DNA of 55,404 nt, the filler included, from Asterionella formosa (Eukaryota), in the NCBI GenBank assembly GCA_002256025.1. It is 4 parts of 4 records of this genome, joined end to end, with 100 filler letters (N's around TTAATTAATTAA, not from the genome) between each part and the next. Parts side by side here need not be neighbours in the genome. Positions count along the whole stretch, not along the records: positions 1 to 13,801 come from NKIB01006409.1; 3 more parts are not named here. One strand, 5' to 3'. The notes under the pieces were generated by a model. The model searched no databases. It was given only the letters and a program-made list of their open reading frames with translations, and was not told the DNA's origin. A program made the position numbers and the translations under genes. Below, one piece after another: positions 1 through 12,327 of the stretch (position 1 is the stretch's first letter; each line of letters opens with the position of its first letter).

Positions 1-215
1 TTGCCAGAATTTGTCATGGGATTCCAGGAGGCAAGTCTGTAAGGAATGAAATATGACAAGGCCTTCTTGTAATATTCCAGGGAACTCGAATGTCCAAGTG
101 TTGGATTGTCATCATGTCCAGGGTCAGAACGGCCACACACCTTGTTTGCCATCCATTTGTATACATCCTCAGGCATAATCTCACCTAGCTGCTCATCACT
201 TAACTGATGGTGTTG
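1..215 (-). mobile_element. Crypton (CryptonS-like tyrosine-recombinase transposon) N-terminal remnant, running off the window edge
   Basis: My minus-strand translation reads SDEQLGEIMPEDVYKWMANKVCGRSDPGHDDNPTLGHSSSLEYYKKALSYFIPYRLASWNPMTNSGN. This fits the IxPxDxxxW...P...SSLEYYKKAxSYFxP...W...GN(PT) pattern I recall from oomycete/diatom Crypton-type proteins. No catalytic residues are in the window. Confidence 0.5.
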
Positions 216-1468
216 GGAACAATGCAATCAAAAACTTTCATGTTGTTAAAAAAATTGTGGGATCAAATTGTAGCATCTTGCTTAGGACCGCTTGCAGCGG
301 TTAACAAGACAAGAAGCTCGGTTGCTTGGTTGTATGCAGTCATTGTCGTTCAAGAAGTCTTGGAGAGGAAGGGATGCCATCTCTGACAGGTGCTACTAGT
401 CATGAAGCTGATTCTTCTGACCATGGTAAAGTAGAATATGACAGCAATATAAAAGATAGATTCATGGTACTTGAGGACAGTCACAACGATGATGAAGCGG
501 TTCAAACTTCAGAAACTTATGCTGGAATTCCTTTTGGTTCCATTGGAGCAACTCCTGTTGCAACTTCTGTGAGTTCCACTGGTGAAAGATTTTCCTAACA
601 ACCTTTGGTATCCCCAGCTCAGGGATAAACCTGTGTCGAACAATCTTGACAAAATATTGGATCAAAGTTCAACACAATTGCTCCAAATATTGGGTAGGAC
701 TGATAAAGAGGATCTTTCTGCACCTTACACCTTGTTAAAGTATTACCTTTATTGGATAGATCAATATTGTTAGACAAAGAAGACTATAGATAGAAATGTT
801 TGTTTCTCTTCCCATTTCTATATTCTTATTGTGAGTTTACTAAACTAGTTTAGGTTGTTCGGTTTGAACAAACAAATGAACTATTCTCCAAATGCTGTTT
901 GCATTTCTAGAAACATACAATCATAGATAGACCCATGTCTATCTCACACTTACTGATCATAGGTTTTTAACCATTGATCATTCATTTCAAACTATCGGTC
1001 TTCTGAAATAGCTTATATTGTCTGGCTCATTATAGCCGGAGTAATAACATTGAACGTGTGGTTGATGAGCGCTTGGTACATTAAAGTTGACTCATTCGAA
1101 TCATTTGACTCATTTGACTGAGAGTCACAACTACGTTACTCAGATGAGCTCACTTCAACAACACCTTACTACAGAGTACAGTAGTAAACTACTCGTATGC
1201 GAATTTTTTCCATGTGCTACCACCCTGGTACCGGTAATTGATTTATTCTTGACTTGTAGCTATTTATTTAGTGGAAGGATATGCTGATGCTTACGTATCT
1301 GCCAAAGGGTACCTAATTTTCTTCCTTTGGAGGGTGCGGTGAAAGACGGTTCGAACTATGGGAAAGCACAGCTAAAATGCTCGTTTACCGGACTTTCATT
1401 TATCCTTTCTCGCATTTTCAGGAGGAAGAAATGTCAAATATGACGGATAAAAATATAGCAACGAAGAA

Positions 1469-1476
1469 TGACGTCA
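1469..1476. promoter_or_regulatory. Palindromic CRE/CCRE-like bZIP site TGACGTCA upstream of GapC1
   Basis: TGACGTCA lies ~200 nt upstream of the GapC1 ATG (1672) and contains the diatom CCRE cores TGACGT/ACGTCA. Function is inferred. Confidence 0.45.
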
Positions 1477-1671
1477 ACTTGGGCTTTTTCCTCGCCACGG
1501 CACTGTCGTCCCTCCGACGCACATACGTGTTCATCACCTCTCGTTGACCTCAGGTACGCATGAAGCGAATTGCGAATGCGTATGTGATCTCGAGATCTTC
1601 AAAACGCATAGCGGTAGAGGCATCAACAATCATTCTCATACTTCTTCTCTTCTGAGTTACCGGTTGTTATC

Positions 1672-2956
<1,285 letters not shown>

Positions 2957-3424
2957 AGTACTAATTCCTCTAGTTCCGTATGCACACTTTTGTTATTGAG
3001 TTCATTTGTCACGCCAATCACATTTGGTACTGCAAGTGCAGGATAGTTACCTCAATAATGGTTGGAAATCAAAATGTAAAATCTTCACTGACCTCATCAA
3101 TGAAACCATCGTGCACAGACCACTTTGCTTAAGACGGAGCGAGTGTTCCCGAAGCATTCCGAACGTTACTAGCCGTATGTAGTAGTTGTTTTATCACCAC
3201 AAACAAACCATGCGGGGGGGTCTATCAGCTCGACGAAGAATCAATCTGTAACTGATTTCATCTTTTGGTGGATGATTGGTTACTTAGTGTGACAAGCTTC
3301 TCAGCGTGAGGTCCCCATGGTGCAGTACAAGCTCATAGGTCAATTCGAGAGGATCTAACGCTGTGATTGGGAGTATAGATACGAAATTTTTTGAGCAAGT
3401 GATTCCAATGACTTCATCCTATTT

Positions 3425-3645
3425 CTGACTTCAGATTTTCTTGCATAACATCTATATCTAATCCTTACCTTTTGATAGCTCGTCCAGGGCACTGTTTACG
3501 TTCTCCCCTCCATTCCATGACTTAATCCTATTTCATATCACTAGTTTGTGAACTTGCTGACTTAGATATCCTTGCATAACATCTATATCTAATCTTCACC
3601 TTCTGATAACTCGTCCAGGGCACTGTTTACGTTTTCCCCTCCATT
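3425..3645. repeat. Direct duplication (~75-90 bp, spacing 131) of the 3' end/stop region of the UBL-STI1 gene
   Basis: 3440-3514 cttgcataacatctatatctaatccttaccttttgatagctcgtccagggcactgtttacgttctcccctccatt matches 3571-3645 cttgcataacatctatatctaatcttcaccttctgataactcgtccagggcactgtttacgttttcccctccatt. Confidence 0.9.
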
Positions 3646-4441
3646 GTCTCCGAACAATCCCGGTGGCATATTGCCCTTCAAAGCATTCTTAAGATCCTCG
3701 GGATCGATTTGTTGGTACAGATTTGCTGCAGCAGTCATGGCCTCTCGCCATGCTTCTGGTGACGCCAAAAGTTCGTCCATTCCTGGCATCCCCGACATCA
3801 TGGACTTCATCATAGGATTGTTCAAAATCATTTGACGACTTTGTTCTAGTTTTTCTGGGTCCGACATGTATTCTTGGAACAGAGGAGAGTTCATCATATT
3901 GGCCATCATGTCCATCTTCCGGGTTCGGAACGAGGTAAGCAAGGGAAGACAAGGGAAGTGATCAGTTTTGTTTTGAACTTACCGATTCGTCCATGTTTGG
4001 CATCTCCATACCCTCGGGCATATTCTTCATGATATCTTCCATGCTTGGCACACCACCTGCACCACCACCGCCAAAAAGATCTTTCAAGCCGTCCAAATCG
4101 GGAAGCTCCGGTTTCGTTTGACTGAGTTCTGCTTTTGCCGGGGTCCCACCACTACTACTTGACTTGTTGCTTGTAGGTTTACTCTTTCCTCCAGGCACCA
4201 TGTTCAAAGCAGATCCATCCAAGACTCCAGCTTCATGAAGAATGTCATCACTGTTCAGTCTTTTACCCCCGAACAGCAACCTTCCCTTCTCCCCACTCAA
4301 TTCTTGCATCTTTTCTTCGAGATCTTTCACAGACTCAACATCACTGACAGTGTATTTCTTTCCACGTAACGTAATTTTCAGGTCAGATACGGCGGAAGCC
4401 GCTGTAACAAATGAAGCAAGGAGAGCAATTAATAGTTTCAT
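3589..4441 (-). CDS. Signal-peptide ubiquitin-like (UBL) + STI1-like protein, ubiquilin-like without UBA; exons 4441-3983 and 3915-3589
   Basis: Signal MKLLIALLASFVTAASA^V, then UBL fold (LKITLRGKKY...RLLFGGKRL...LHEAGVLDGSALNMV). A phase-0 intron 3982-3916 (GTAAGT...AAG) joins MDES to MDMMANMM. Met/Asn/Pro-rich STI1-like part (MMNSPLFQEYMSDPEKL...ILNNPMM) and acidic tail LDELSEGED follow. Confidence 0.8.
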
Positions 4442-4619
4442 GACACACTAGAACGCAGAGAGATCGCAATTGAAAAGATTGATGTTATTAATAATAAGCA
4501 ATAGTCGTAGATATCATGTGGTAATCAGTTCTATAGCAGGGCGGAGAAGAAAGCAGAGCGATACAGTGCGGACGTACATCACCATGCTTACATATCATAA
4601 AGATCAGAGCTGATTTCCT

Positions 4620-5262
4620 TGTACCAGTACCTGATACCTTGTTCATGGTACCAGGGTACCGGTACCCTGGCACTAGGTGCGTACTAGTGCTACCCTTGTA
4701 CCAGGTACTCCGCTCATCAAAACGCCAACATGATATACCGGTATTCAGGAGGTTGATCGAGCAGGATAGACAGTCACCATAGAATAGCTATCGCCTTTTG
4801 TACGGCAACCGGAAGCACTTTTCTACGGTACGCGGTACTATTTTGTGTAGAATTTCCTCTTCTCAAAATTACTTACAGGTAGTATTATCATAAACACTAT
4901 CAGGTAGCAGGTACCAGCCACCTCATTCATAAACTAGCACCTGGTAATGTCGCTATCACACAACGAAAGTTCGTATGCACGGGTGCTCCCCCCAGGGTGG
5001 GTACCTGGTACCAGGTACCTGTAAGTTGCGGTCATTTTGCTTAAACTCTAACATTTCAATCTGGGATAAAGGTAGCTAAAGTTTTAGTTCCAGCAAATTT
5101 ACCACAACTTGCCTGGTATTTGGTACCCGGTTATCATAGGTGGAGTAACGGGACCTGGTACCAGGTACCTTGAAACAACCTGGTATAAATCTGGTGGTAC
5201 CTGGTACTGGTGCCAGTACCAGTACCAGTACCTGGTATTGTACCACGACCATGTACCGGTAT
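4620..5262. repeat. GGTACC/GTACCAG-rich low-complexity region
   Basis: Dense clusters such as gtaccagtacctgatacc, ggtaccagggtaccggtaccctgg, ggtacctggtaccaggtacctg and gtaccagtaccagtacctgg. Confidence 0.8.
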
Positions 5263-5344
5263 TGCTGAGATGATAGTGATGCTCGCTGCCTCCACGGGGC
5301 AAATTGCCCTTCGAATTTTTGCGTGCGTGGCAGACGTTTACTAT

Positions 5345-5800
5345 GGCTGGTTGCATCAAAAAGATAATTATAGTAGCCCACGTAGATCTGGTACAAAATA
5401 TTTTCTTTATCCCTATAGGTGTACCAAACATCATGCCATATTGTTTGCTTCGATCAGCTCACCATGTTACTCAAGATCTCTGTCGTTTCTTGCGCAAAAG
5501 TGATTCCCCAAAGGCTTTTAGAACTGTTTGTCATGTCATGAGTGAAAAGCTCTTGGGGAATCACTTTTCACCAGATATTTTAAAAATTATAGCAATATCA
5601 GTCATGGCTGCCATCACTGAGGACTTTGCCATACATGATGCTTGGTTACCAGTTGGTCAATTCAGGGAATATCTTCATGAAAAGTACTGCTATGCCGAGG
5701 ATGATATACAATTAAATACTTATAGATTGATAAGTTAGTTAAAGAAGTTGTTTCCAAACCAATTTATGGAATCCAATGAGTTCAAGTTTTCTAGAGGCAA
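5345..5800 (+). repeat. Unclassified dispersed repeat, copy A (inverted relative to copy B)
   Basis: Translation KKIIIVAHVDLVQNI...SAHHVTQDLCRFLRKSDSPKA...GNHFS...KIIAISV aligns with the minus-strand ORF 9186-9527. Confidence 0.8.
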
Positions 5801-6705
5801 TTCCCGCTCCAACTATTGTCTTGCCACTCCGGTACTTCTAAGTAATTTTTAGGCTCTAAGTAATTTCTTAAGTAATTTTTATTTAGTGGCAATATGGGGC
5901 ACATCCAATTTTTCGGCATTAAAATTGCCGATTTTTAGCTTGACAACCAGAAAAATGGTAATATGCATGGAGATGGTACAACAAGCGTACTAAAACACAC
6001 GAGAATGATTGTAACAACATGCAACATCAAAGAAATTCGAACATGATGTTTGGAGCAACCAAAGTATGAAATGCGATGTAATAAGTTGCATCAAATAAGA
6101 AATAGAAAAAAATGTTTTGGGTTAGAAATGAAGTAAAAAATAGGTGTTTCAATGGAGAGGCATGCATTGTGAATCATTGTAGTACTTACACAGGCAACAT
6201 TGCTTGACTTTCCATCACCACACAATCGAAGACCAAAAGAAGAAGAAAAAATGCTGAACCCAATTTAGACCTGCATAGTCTGGTTGTTGCAACCATGCGC
6301 ATCGCTGTAGTAGCCTGACACCAGTAGCAGTATTTTCGCCACAGTCATCATTCCTCCAGCCACCAAACAAGCAACCCTGATCATTGTATTCTGAGCAAAC
6401 GTGATCGCCACGCTGCACCAGCACTATTGACTCTCTCTAGCAGAGTATTTATGTATTTTGTGATACGAACTAGTAGTAGAAATGTAGAAATGTAGCAAAG
6501 TGCGTTAGTACAAGAAAAGCATTGCTTGGCGGCAATATTGACATCATGGTAAAAGACTATGCACATCAACAAATACGATCAACAGCAATATGTCGTCAAA
6601 GAGCAGTGATAAATACATTGGCTCTTATGTAGATAGTAGATACAATCGAAACAAAACGACAGTGTGGAATGACAAACAACGATACCATGGAAGCAATCAA
6701 ATCGG
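5796..6705 (+). mobile_element. Terminal fragment of the Harbinger family at 29022-32959 (transposase-proximal end), inverted orientation
   Basis: Begins ggcaattcccgctcc and is collinear with the reverse complement of ~32130-32959, through atgtagatagtagatacaatcgaaacaaaacgacagtg (start of the transposase region). Confidence 0.8.
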
Positions 6706-8770
6706 AACTTCGACAATTTTGTATCTACGATCACATTCAGTGTTTCACTGTTGTACTCACCAATCCGCTCCAACAAGCGTAACACACAGCAGACGATGGG
6801 CTCATAAGAGAGTCGAAAGTTCCTGTTGCAAGCCCAAATTGAGCAATGGCAGGCAGGATAGAGTGGGAATTATAATTATGAGAACGAAATCGGGCATTCG
6901 GTACATTGTCACGGCGCATTTGATCTCGTTCAGCTTCAGTGAAAGTCGAATTTGCCAGTGATGGCAGGGCTTTGTCATTTTATATTCCAACAGCAGATTG
7001 CTTGATAGAAAGGCTATCCAATTTTTCTTTAGAATATCGTTGGATGCTCAAGCTGGGCTGGCATGCAAGAAGAGTATCTGATCTTTGGAATTACTCTCAG
7101 TTGGAACTTGAGGTTGGGTCAGAAATTGCGGGACCACTTAAAGAAGATGTGTGCACGTGTGACTAGTGTGAGTCCTTAGTTGGCTTATCTCTTGACGGCA
7201 ATAGTTTAACAATGTTCCCAGGTCTAGCTATTCATATTTTCTTTTTGAAGTTGGAGTGACATGTATTGGCATTTGTTTTTTGATGTTCCACTTGTGGTGA
7301 TGGGTGATCTGAATCAGGCAGTGGGACGAGGTATAAAGAGCTAGAGTTATTTCATTGCTTGAGGATTTCTATTTGGCTGTCGATTGCAGTCGGGGTGGAT
7401 TCATTTTGTTGGGGGTTGAAGATTTCTTGGCTTCAGCGGAGTCCCAATATGTTGTTGTTTGTTACTCGATGCATTTCGTTCTTGCTTCTAGCTAGGAGTG
7501 GGTGATTTCATGGGGTAAATAAATCAAATGATGAGTCCTCTAGCCGCTGGATATTGTTGCTCTGTCGACACAGTACCACCTTAAAACTGAGATAGCTCCT
7601 TCTTCCGACTAAAATTATCGAAGTTTCTTAGATGATAAATTCGAAACAAGTGCGAAGAACGGGGATAGATATCATTAGAACATAAAGTTATGGAGATCTA
7701 AGCCATTTAGTTTAACCCATTTTGACTCATTACGTTGTCTTTCAATATATATTTTTAATCTATACATGAAGATTTTTTACCCCCAAACCGTGTTTTTATT
7801 TACTCGATTATTACCCGCAAAAGACATTTTTTTACTTTTGTTGATACTATAATTACCGGTACCAGTTACCTGGGCTTAAGTTACCATCATAACAGTAGTA
7901 TACCATACGGTATTTGTCAAGAATTCGTTCGAACCTCACATATCAATCACTTCAAGTTATTATCTGTCCGGTGGTCCTCCTCTTTGTTTCAACTCACTTC
8001 ACAGGTGATTGCGGTGATTTCAAGAAAAAATCTCGTATGTTCTGTTCCAGGTAGTAGTCCCGCCAGGCAAGAGGTCGCAGCTGATGTTCTCCATTTAGGT
8101 AGAGGAGTAAGCACAATGACGTCGTTGCATATTTTGTGCCGGCAATACTAGCTAAATGAATCTATCGACAAAAATACTTTCTGATACCTGTATACATATA
8201 TAAAAGGTGATGCCAGGTGAATGGAGTAAATCTTAATTTAGCTTTTTCATTCCATTTCTTGTCGACAGCAACCTTTGGGGCTAAATACGGAAGTAACACA
8301 AGCTAATTGACGAGTTCAAAGCATGATCATTATTGGTTAGTATATAAATCGATACAACATTACCTGAAAAATTATGTTCGTATCTAGAATATTTGTCCAA
8401 AACGTGAATTGACTCGATTTAACGTTGAATCTCTGTTCAAAATCTTCCAAACGCTGACTCTCAGGTTTTTGGTGGTAGCTAGTTCTGATGAAGCAGCAGT
8501 CCCTCTAGCTTTTACTCATTCCTCCTGTAGCAATAATTTTTAGAAGTTGCTTCATTTTGTTTGCTCCCTCTCCTTACTAGCTATTGTTGTTCCCTAGTCA
8601 TTTTGCTCTTTCTGGAATTAAATTCTTCTCTTAGACTATTCATAGTATTATTACAGGTGAAATCAAATGAATTATCTTGGTGAAGTACTACTACTACTAG
8701 ATCATGTGGTGGTCATATGATCATCACAATAATGTTGTCCATCATCATAACCCCAACTTACCTGCATCTT

Positions 8771-9149
8771 CATTGGAACACATTTCTCCTCCCATTCAGA
8801 TGAATTCCCATCATAAATAGGAAGCTTGGAGACTGCTGATACTGAATTTCATGTAATAAAGATAAATCTTTGTCCACTCTTGTCCTCTATTTGATATTCA
8901 TGTTGAAATACCATCACCTTCATACCTTTAGAAATTTTCCACCATCATAGTCCACAGACTTCCACTTCTTACCTACCTATTCATTGGAACATATTTCTCT
9001 TCCCATTTAGATGAATTCCCTTAATAAATATGAAGCTTGGGAACTGCTCATACTGCATTTCCTGTATACAATAAATTATTTTTGTTCACTCTTGTCCTTT
9101 ATTTGATACTCTTGTCGAAATACCATTACCTTCTTGCCTGTAGAAATCT
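8771..9149. repeat. Diverged tandem duplication, unit ~170 bp, spacing 211
   Basis: cattggaacacatttctcctcccattcagatgaattccc... at 8771 matches cattggaacatatttctcttcccatttagatgaattccc... at 8982; both end ...tagaaat. Confidence 0.85.
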
Positions 9150-9535
9150 CGACCTCATTGTTGCTTGGTTCCAAAGAGATTGGAATCACTTTATTGTCAA
9201 AAAGCTACTCTTCATGAAGATTTTCCTTGTGTTGATTGTCCGGCTATCAAACACCATGAAGGGCTGGGCACTGTTGATGGCAATAACTGATATAGCTATA
9301 ATTTTTTGAATACTTAGAGAAAAGTGATTTCCCGAAAGCATTCCACTCATGATTAAACGAACAATTCTAGAAGCCTCTGGGGAATTGATTTTGCGCAAGA
9401 AACGACGGAGATCTTGAGCAACACGATGAGCCGATTGAAGCAAATTGGCGCGATATTCCTTGCCGGAAAGGTAAATTTTTTGTACCAGATCTACCTGGGC
9501 TACGACTATAATAATTTTTTGATGCAAGCAGCCAC
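9135..9535 (-). repeat. Unclassified dispersed repeat, copy B
   Basis: Reverse complement ggctgcttgcatcaaaaaattattatagtcgtagcccaggtagatctggtacaaaa matches 5345 onward. The far end caatgaggtcgagatttctacaggcaa resembles caatgagttcaagttttctagaggcaa (to 5800). Confidence 0.8.
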
Positions 9536-9702
9536 ACTAAACTTTTTCATGTTTGTTGTCTCCATATGTATGCAGCACACAAACTGTGGGCAACATTCAC
9601 ATAGTTTCGTTCCTTCCGACAATACAATAAATGCTACATAATGACCCATCCAAAATCGAGTTAACTTGCATGCATAAAGGTTTTGTAGCGATTGACTAGG
9701 AA

Positions 9703-11055
9703 TTATAAGTTACTTGGAATAAATACACTAAAGCCATTGACTGCCGTAGACATTAGACACGAACTTATCTGTGGGTGCCATCGAACTTCTTTGGTTTGAG
9801 GCGACCCGGAGTGGACAAAGAGGAGCTGGGGTGGAATTTCTGCACTGCCCACATTATCATCGGCTTCGACGGAAAGATCGTAAACAAATGAGCCGACGTC
9901 GTCTGAAACCACCAACATGGACTCATCCGTAGGATGCCATTGGATAGAGGAGATGGGTGTTGTGTGAGATGTGAACCTGGCTAGGGCTTGCTTTTCTGAA
10001 AATTTGCGCAAGTCCCAAACCTCAAACTTGCCATCATCGCAACCGGTGGCCAGAAGATTTGTTACAAGCTTGTTCCAGGATAAGCCATTCACATCAGTTT
10101 CGCTGATCTTCTGCGTCATCATGGACCGCTTAGGGGCTCTAGTATCATAAATCTTGACGCATCCGCCAGCTTCAGCTGCCGCCAACACAGTGGCTTCTGT
10201 CGGCGACCACTGGATGTCTTCAACGGAAAAGTCTGATGTGTACATTGGTTCAGCCAAAAATTTCTCGTTTATACTCCATATGTGAATCTCTCCGTTGTTG
10301 TCGCCGGTCGCAAGTGTTCCTTCTTTGGAAAAATCCATTCCATAACCTTCGGTCGAGTGTCCTGAGTACGTGAACATGGCCTTCTTATTTGTTGGGATCA
10401 CCATGCTCTCTTGACAGAGGCCTTCCACGTCTATATTATAGAGATGAACCTTTCCCGTTTCTGACCAGCTCGATACAATGGTCTTGTGGACTCTCAAACG
10501 ATTGACGCATCCGTAATGAATCAACGAATAATTTTCCAAGACAGGATCGAAGTCTACTTCGGATCCGCTGTCGTCGTCGTCGTAGGCGCCTTCATCATCC
10601 TGCTCGGTTTCAATTTTCCCTAGATCACTTAGTTTCCAAACCTGTACCGAGTTTTGCTGCGGTGTTGGCGCACATGTGCCAACCACTGCCAGAAGCTGAT
10701 GCGGGAATCTCGTGCGTCCGTCACCCCAAGTATCCTGAATGAAATCAAGGGTCATGCTGGGCCATTCTCCAGCCAGACCGTGGTACATCTTGTATCCAGC
10801 AGGGTCCATTTCAAGCTCTCCTTCCATGGGTATATAAGGATTGAGAATTCTAATGTCACCAAGGGGTTCCATTTCCTCTTCTTCAGCTTCACCGGCTTGA
10901 ATATCTTCGTCTTCGACTTCATAAACATCTTCGAAAGGATCTTCGAACCTAAGATTGTCAATGGTTTCTTCGTCCTGCACACGAGGAGATCGGGTAGCAG
11001 GAGGTCCCTGCTGTTGATTAGACGACGAGTTGCGTCGCTTTGATTTCTTTCCCAT
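9703..11055 (-). CDS. GRWD1: Glutamate-rich WD40 protein (Rrb1/GRWD1; ribosomal protein L3 chaperone / histone-binding)
   Basis: Start MGKKSKRR at 11055, acidic N-terminus (FEDPFED), CAF1C_H4-bd-like YKMYH...EWPSMTLD, WD repeats (GHSTEGYGMDFS, SVEDIQWSPTE, VWDLR, WHPTDES) and the family C-terminus PPQLLFVH...KEVRWH...FIPSNL. Confidence 0.92.
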   Translation of the reverse strand: MGKKSKRRNSSSNQQQGPPATRSPRVQDEETIDNLRFEDPFEDVYEVEDEDIQAGEAEEEEMEPLGDIRILNPYIPMEGELEMDPAGYKMYHGLAGEWPSMTLDFIQDTWGDGRTRFPHQLLAVVGTCAPTPQQNSVQVWKLSDLGKIETEQDDEGAYDDDDSGSEVDFDPVLENYSLIHYGCVNRLRVHKTIVSSWSETGKVHLYNIDVEGLCQESMVIPTNKKAMFTYSGHSTEGYGMDFSKEGTLATGDNNGEIHIWSINEKFLAEPMYTSDFSVEDIQWSPTEATVLAAAEAGGCVKIYDTRAPKRSMMTQKISETDVNGLSWNKLVTNLLATGCDDGKFEVWDLRKFSEKQALARFTSHTTPISSIQWHPTDESMLVVSDDVGSFVYDLSVEADDNVGSAEIPPQLLFVHSGSPQTKEVRWHPQISSCLMSTAVNGFSVFIPSNL

Positions 11056-11640
11056 GATACGCACACACAATGCTGTCGCAATGCAACGCCAGTTGGTAAA
11101 CTGTTTCTCGGAGCAATCTTTGTCGTGTTAACTACTGTTCAGCAAAAAGTAAAATTGATGGGTGGATAATACACGGTCAGCTAAAATAGACGAAGATGCG
11201 TGCCTGTGTTGGTGGGAAGGACATGCTGTGACAAATAGAGTGGGGGATCTAAACGCTTAGAAGTGGTTGTTTCAGCTGTCTGGCTCCAATCAAAAGTCGA
11301 AACCTAAGAAGCCACACATTTTTTCAACAAAACATTTTTTTGTAGCAGTCTACCACCAGAAAGGTCTGGAGGCACACATTCTATGTGCACCTTTCAGTTT
11401 TGACACACTCCTGATGGATCATATCATGCCTGCCAGATGAGGATGAGGAGATAGGCCAGCTTTTGATGAAAATAATATTCCATAAGTAATTTAGGAAAAC
11501 GATACTCTTATTGACCAATAACGATTTGCAGAATTAGTCTCTGTAAATGACTCAGCCAGATTTGCTGACTGATGAACAGGTTCAGCAAACCATCTTCTAG
11601 CTTCAGAATCAACATAGGAATCCTCCTACCTTTCTACTTT

Positions 11641-11805
11641 TAGAACTTGCTGACAATGACTACTAGGATTTGCTGACAACGACTAGAATTTTCTGACAAT
11701 TACTTAAATCTGCTGTCTATGACTAGAAGTTGCTGACTCCGACTAGAACTTGCTTACGCCAACTAAAACTTGCTGACAGCAACTACAAGAATGACTGGAA
11801 CTTGT
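11641..11805. repeat. Degenerate minisatellite, ~20-bp unit (aacttgctgacaacgactag), ~7-8 copies
   Basis: gaacttgctgacaatgactactag / gatttgctgacaacgactag / aagttgctgactccgactag / aacttgcttacgccaactaa / aacttgctgacagcaactac. Confidence 0.8.
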
Positions 11806-12327
11806 GAATAAGAATAGATTTTCTGAATGACCCTTATTCCTATGAAGTATATACATGATCAAACGTAACCAATAACCCCAGATAGGCTTGCCAATACTAC
11901 ATATAAGCATATTTGACATTGTATCTATATACATGGTCACAGTCATTATCATTCCAAATGCAACAGCCTAGCTACTGGGGTACCACTATACTATTTGCAA
12001 TATCATATTTATGTCACATAGCTATCACATAGGTATGACATACTATGGCTACATAGGATATTGGTATATATTTTCAGGGTAACCAGGGTAGACCTTATTG
12101 GAAAATGTTGTGATGTCCAATGCAAGGTATGCCTGGATTTGGAGGACGAAAACCGCTTGAAAATGTACAAAAAATGGCCAATACAGAGTACTTTCGTTTC
12201 CTGTGTAATCTTCGTGCGTAATCAGGGGGATTTGTGAGTTATTTAGCCCCGTAAGGGACGAAAATACGAAGCAAGATTAAACGCACAACAGGTATCCAGG
12301 TGACTCAAATTTCGTTTTTCGGCCTTA

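Noticed and set aside
3248..3283. Imperfect hairpin between the convergent GapC1 and UBL genes
   Set aside because: Short, with several G-U pairs, no tRNA/snoRNA hallmarks; bacterial-type terminators are not relevant here.
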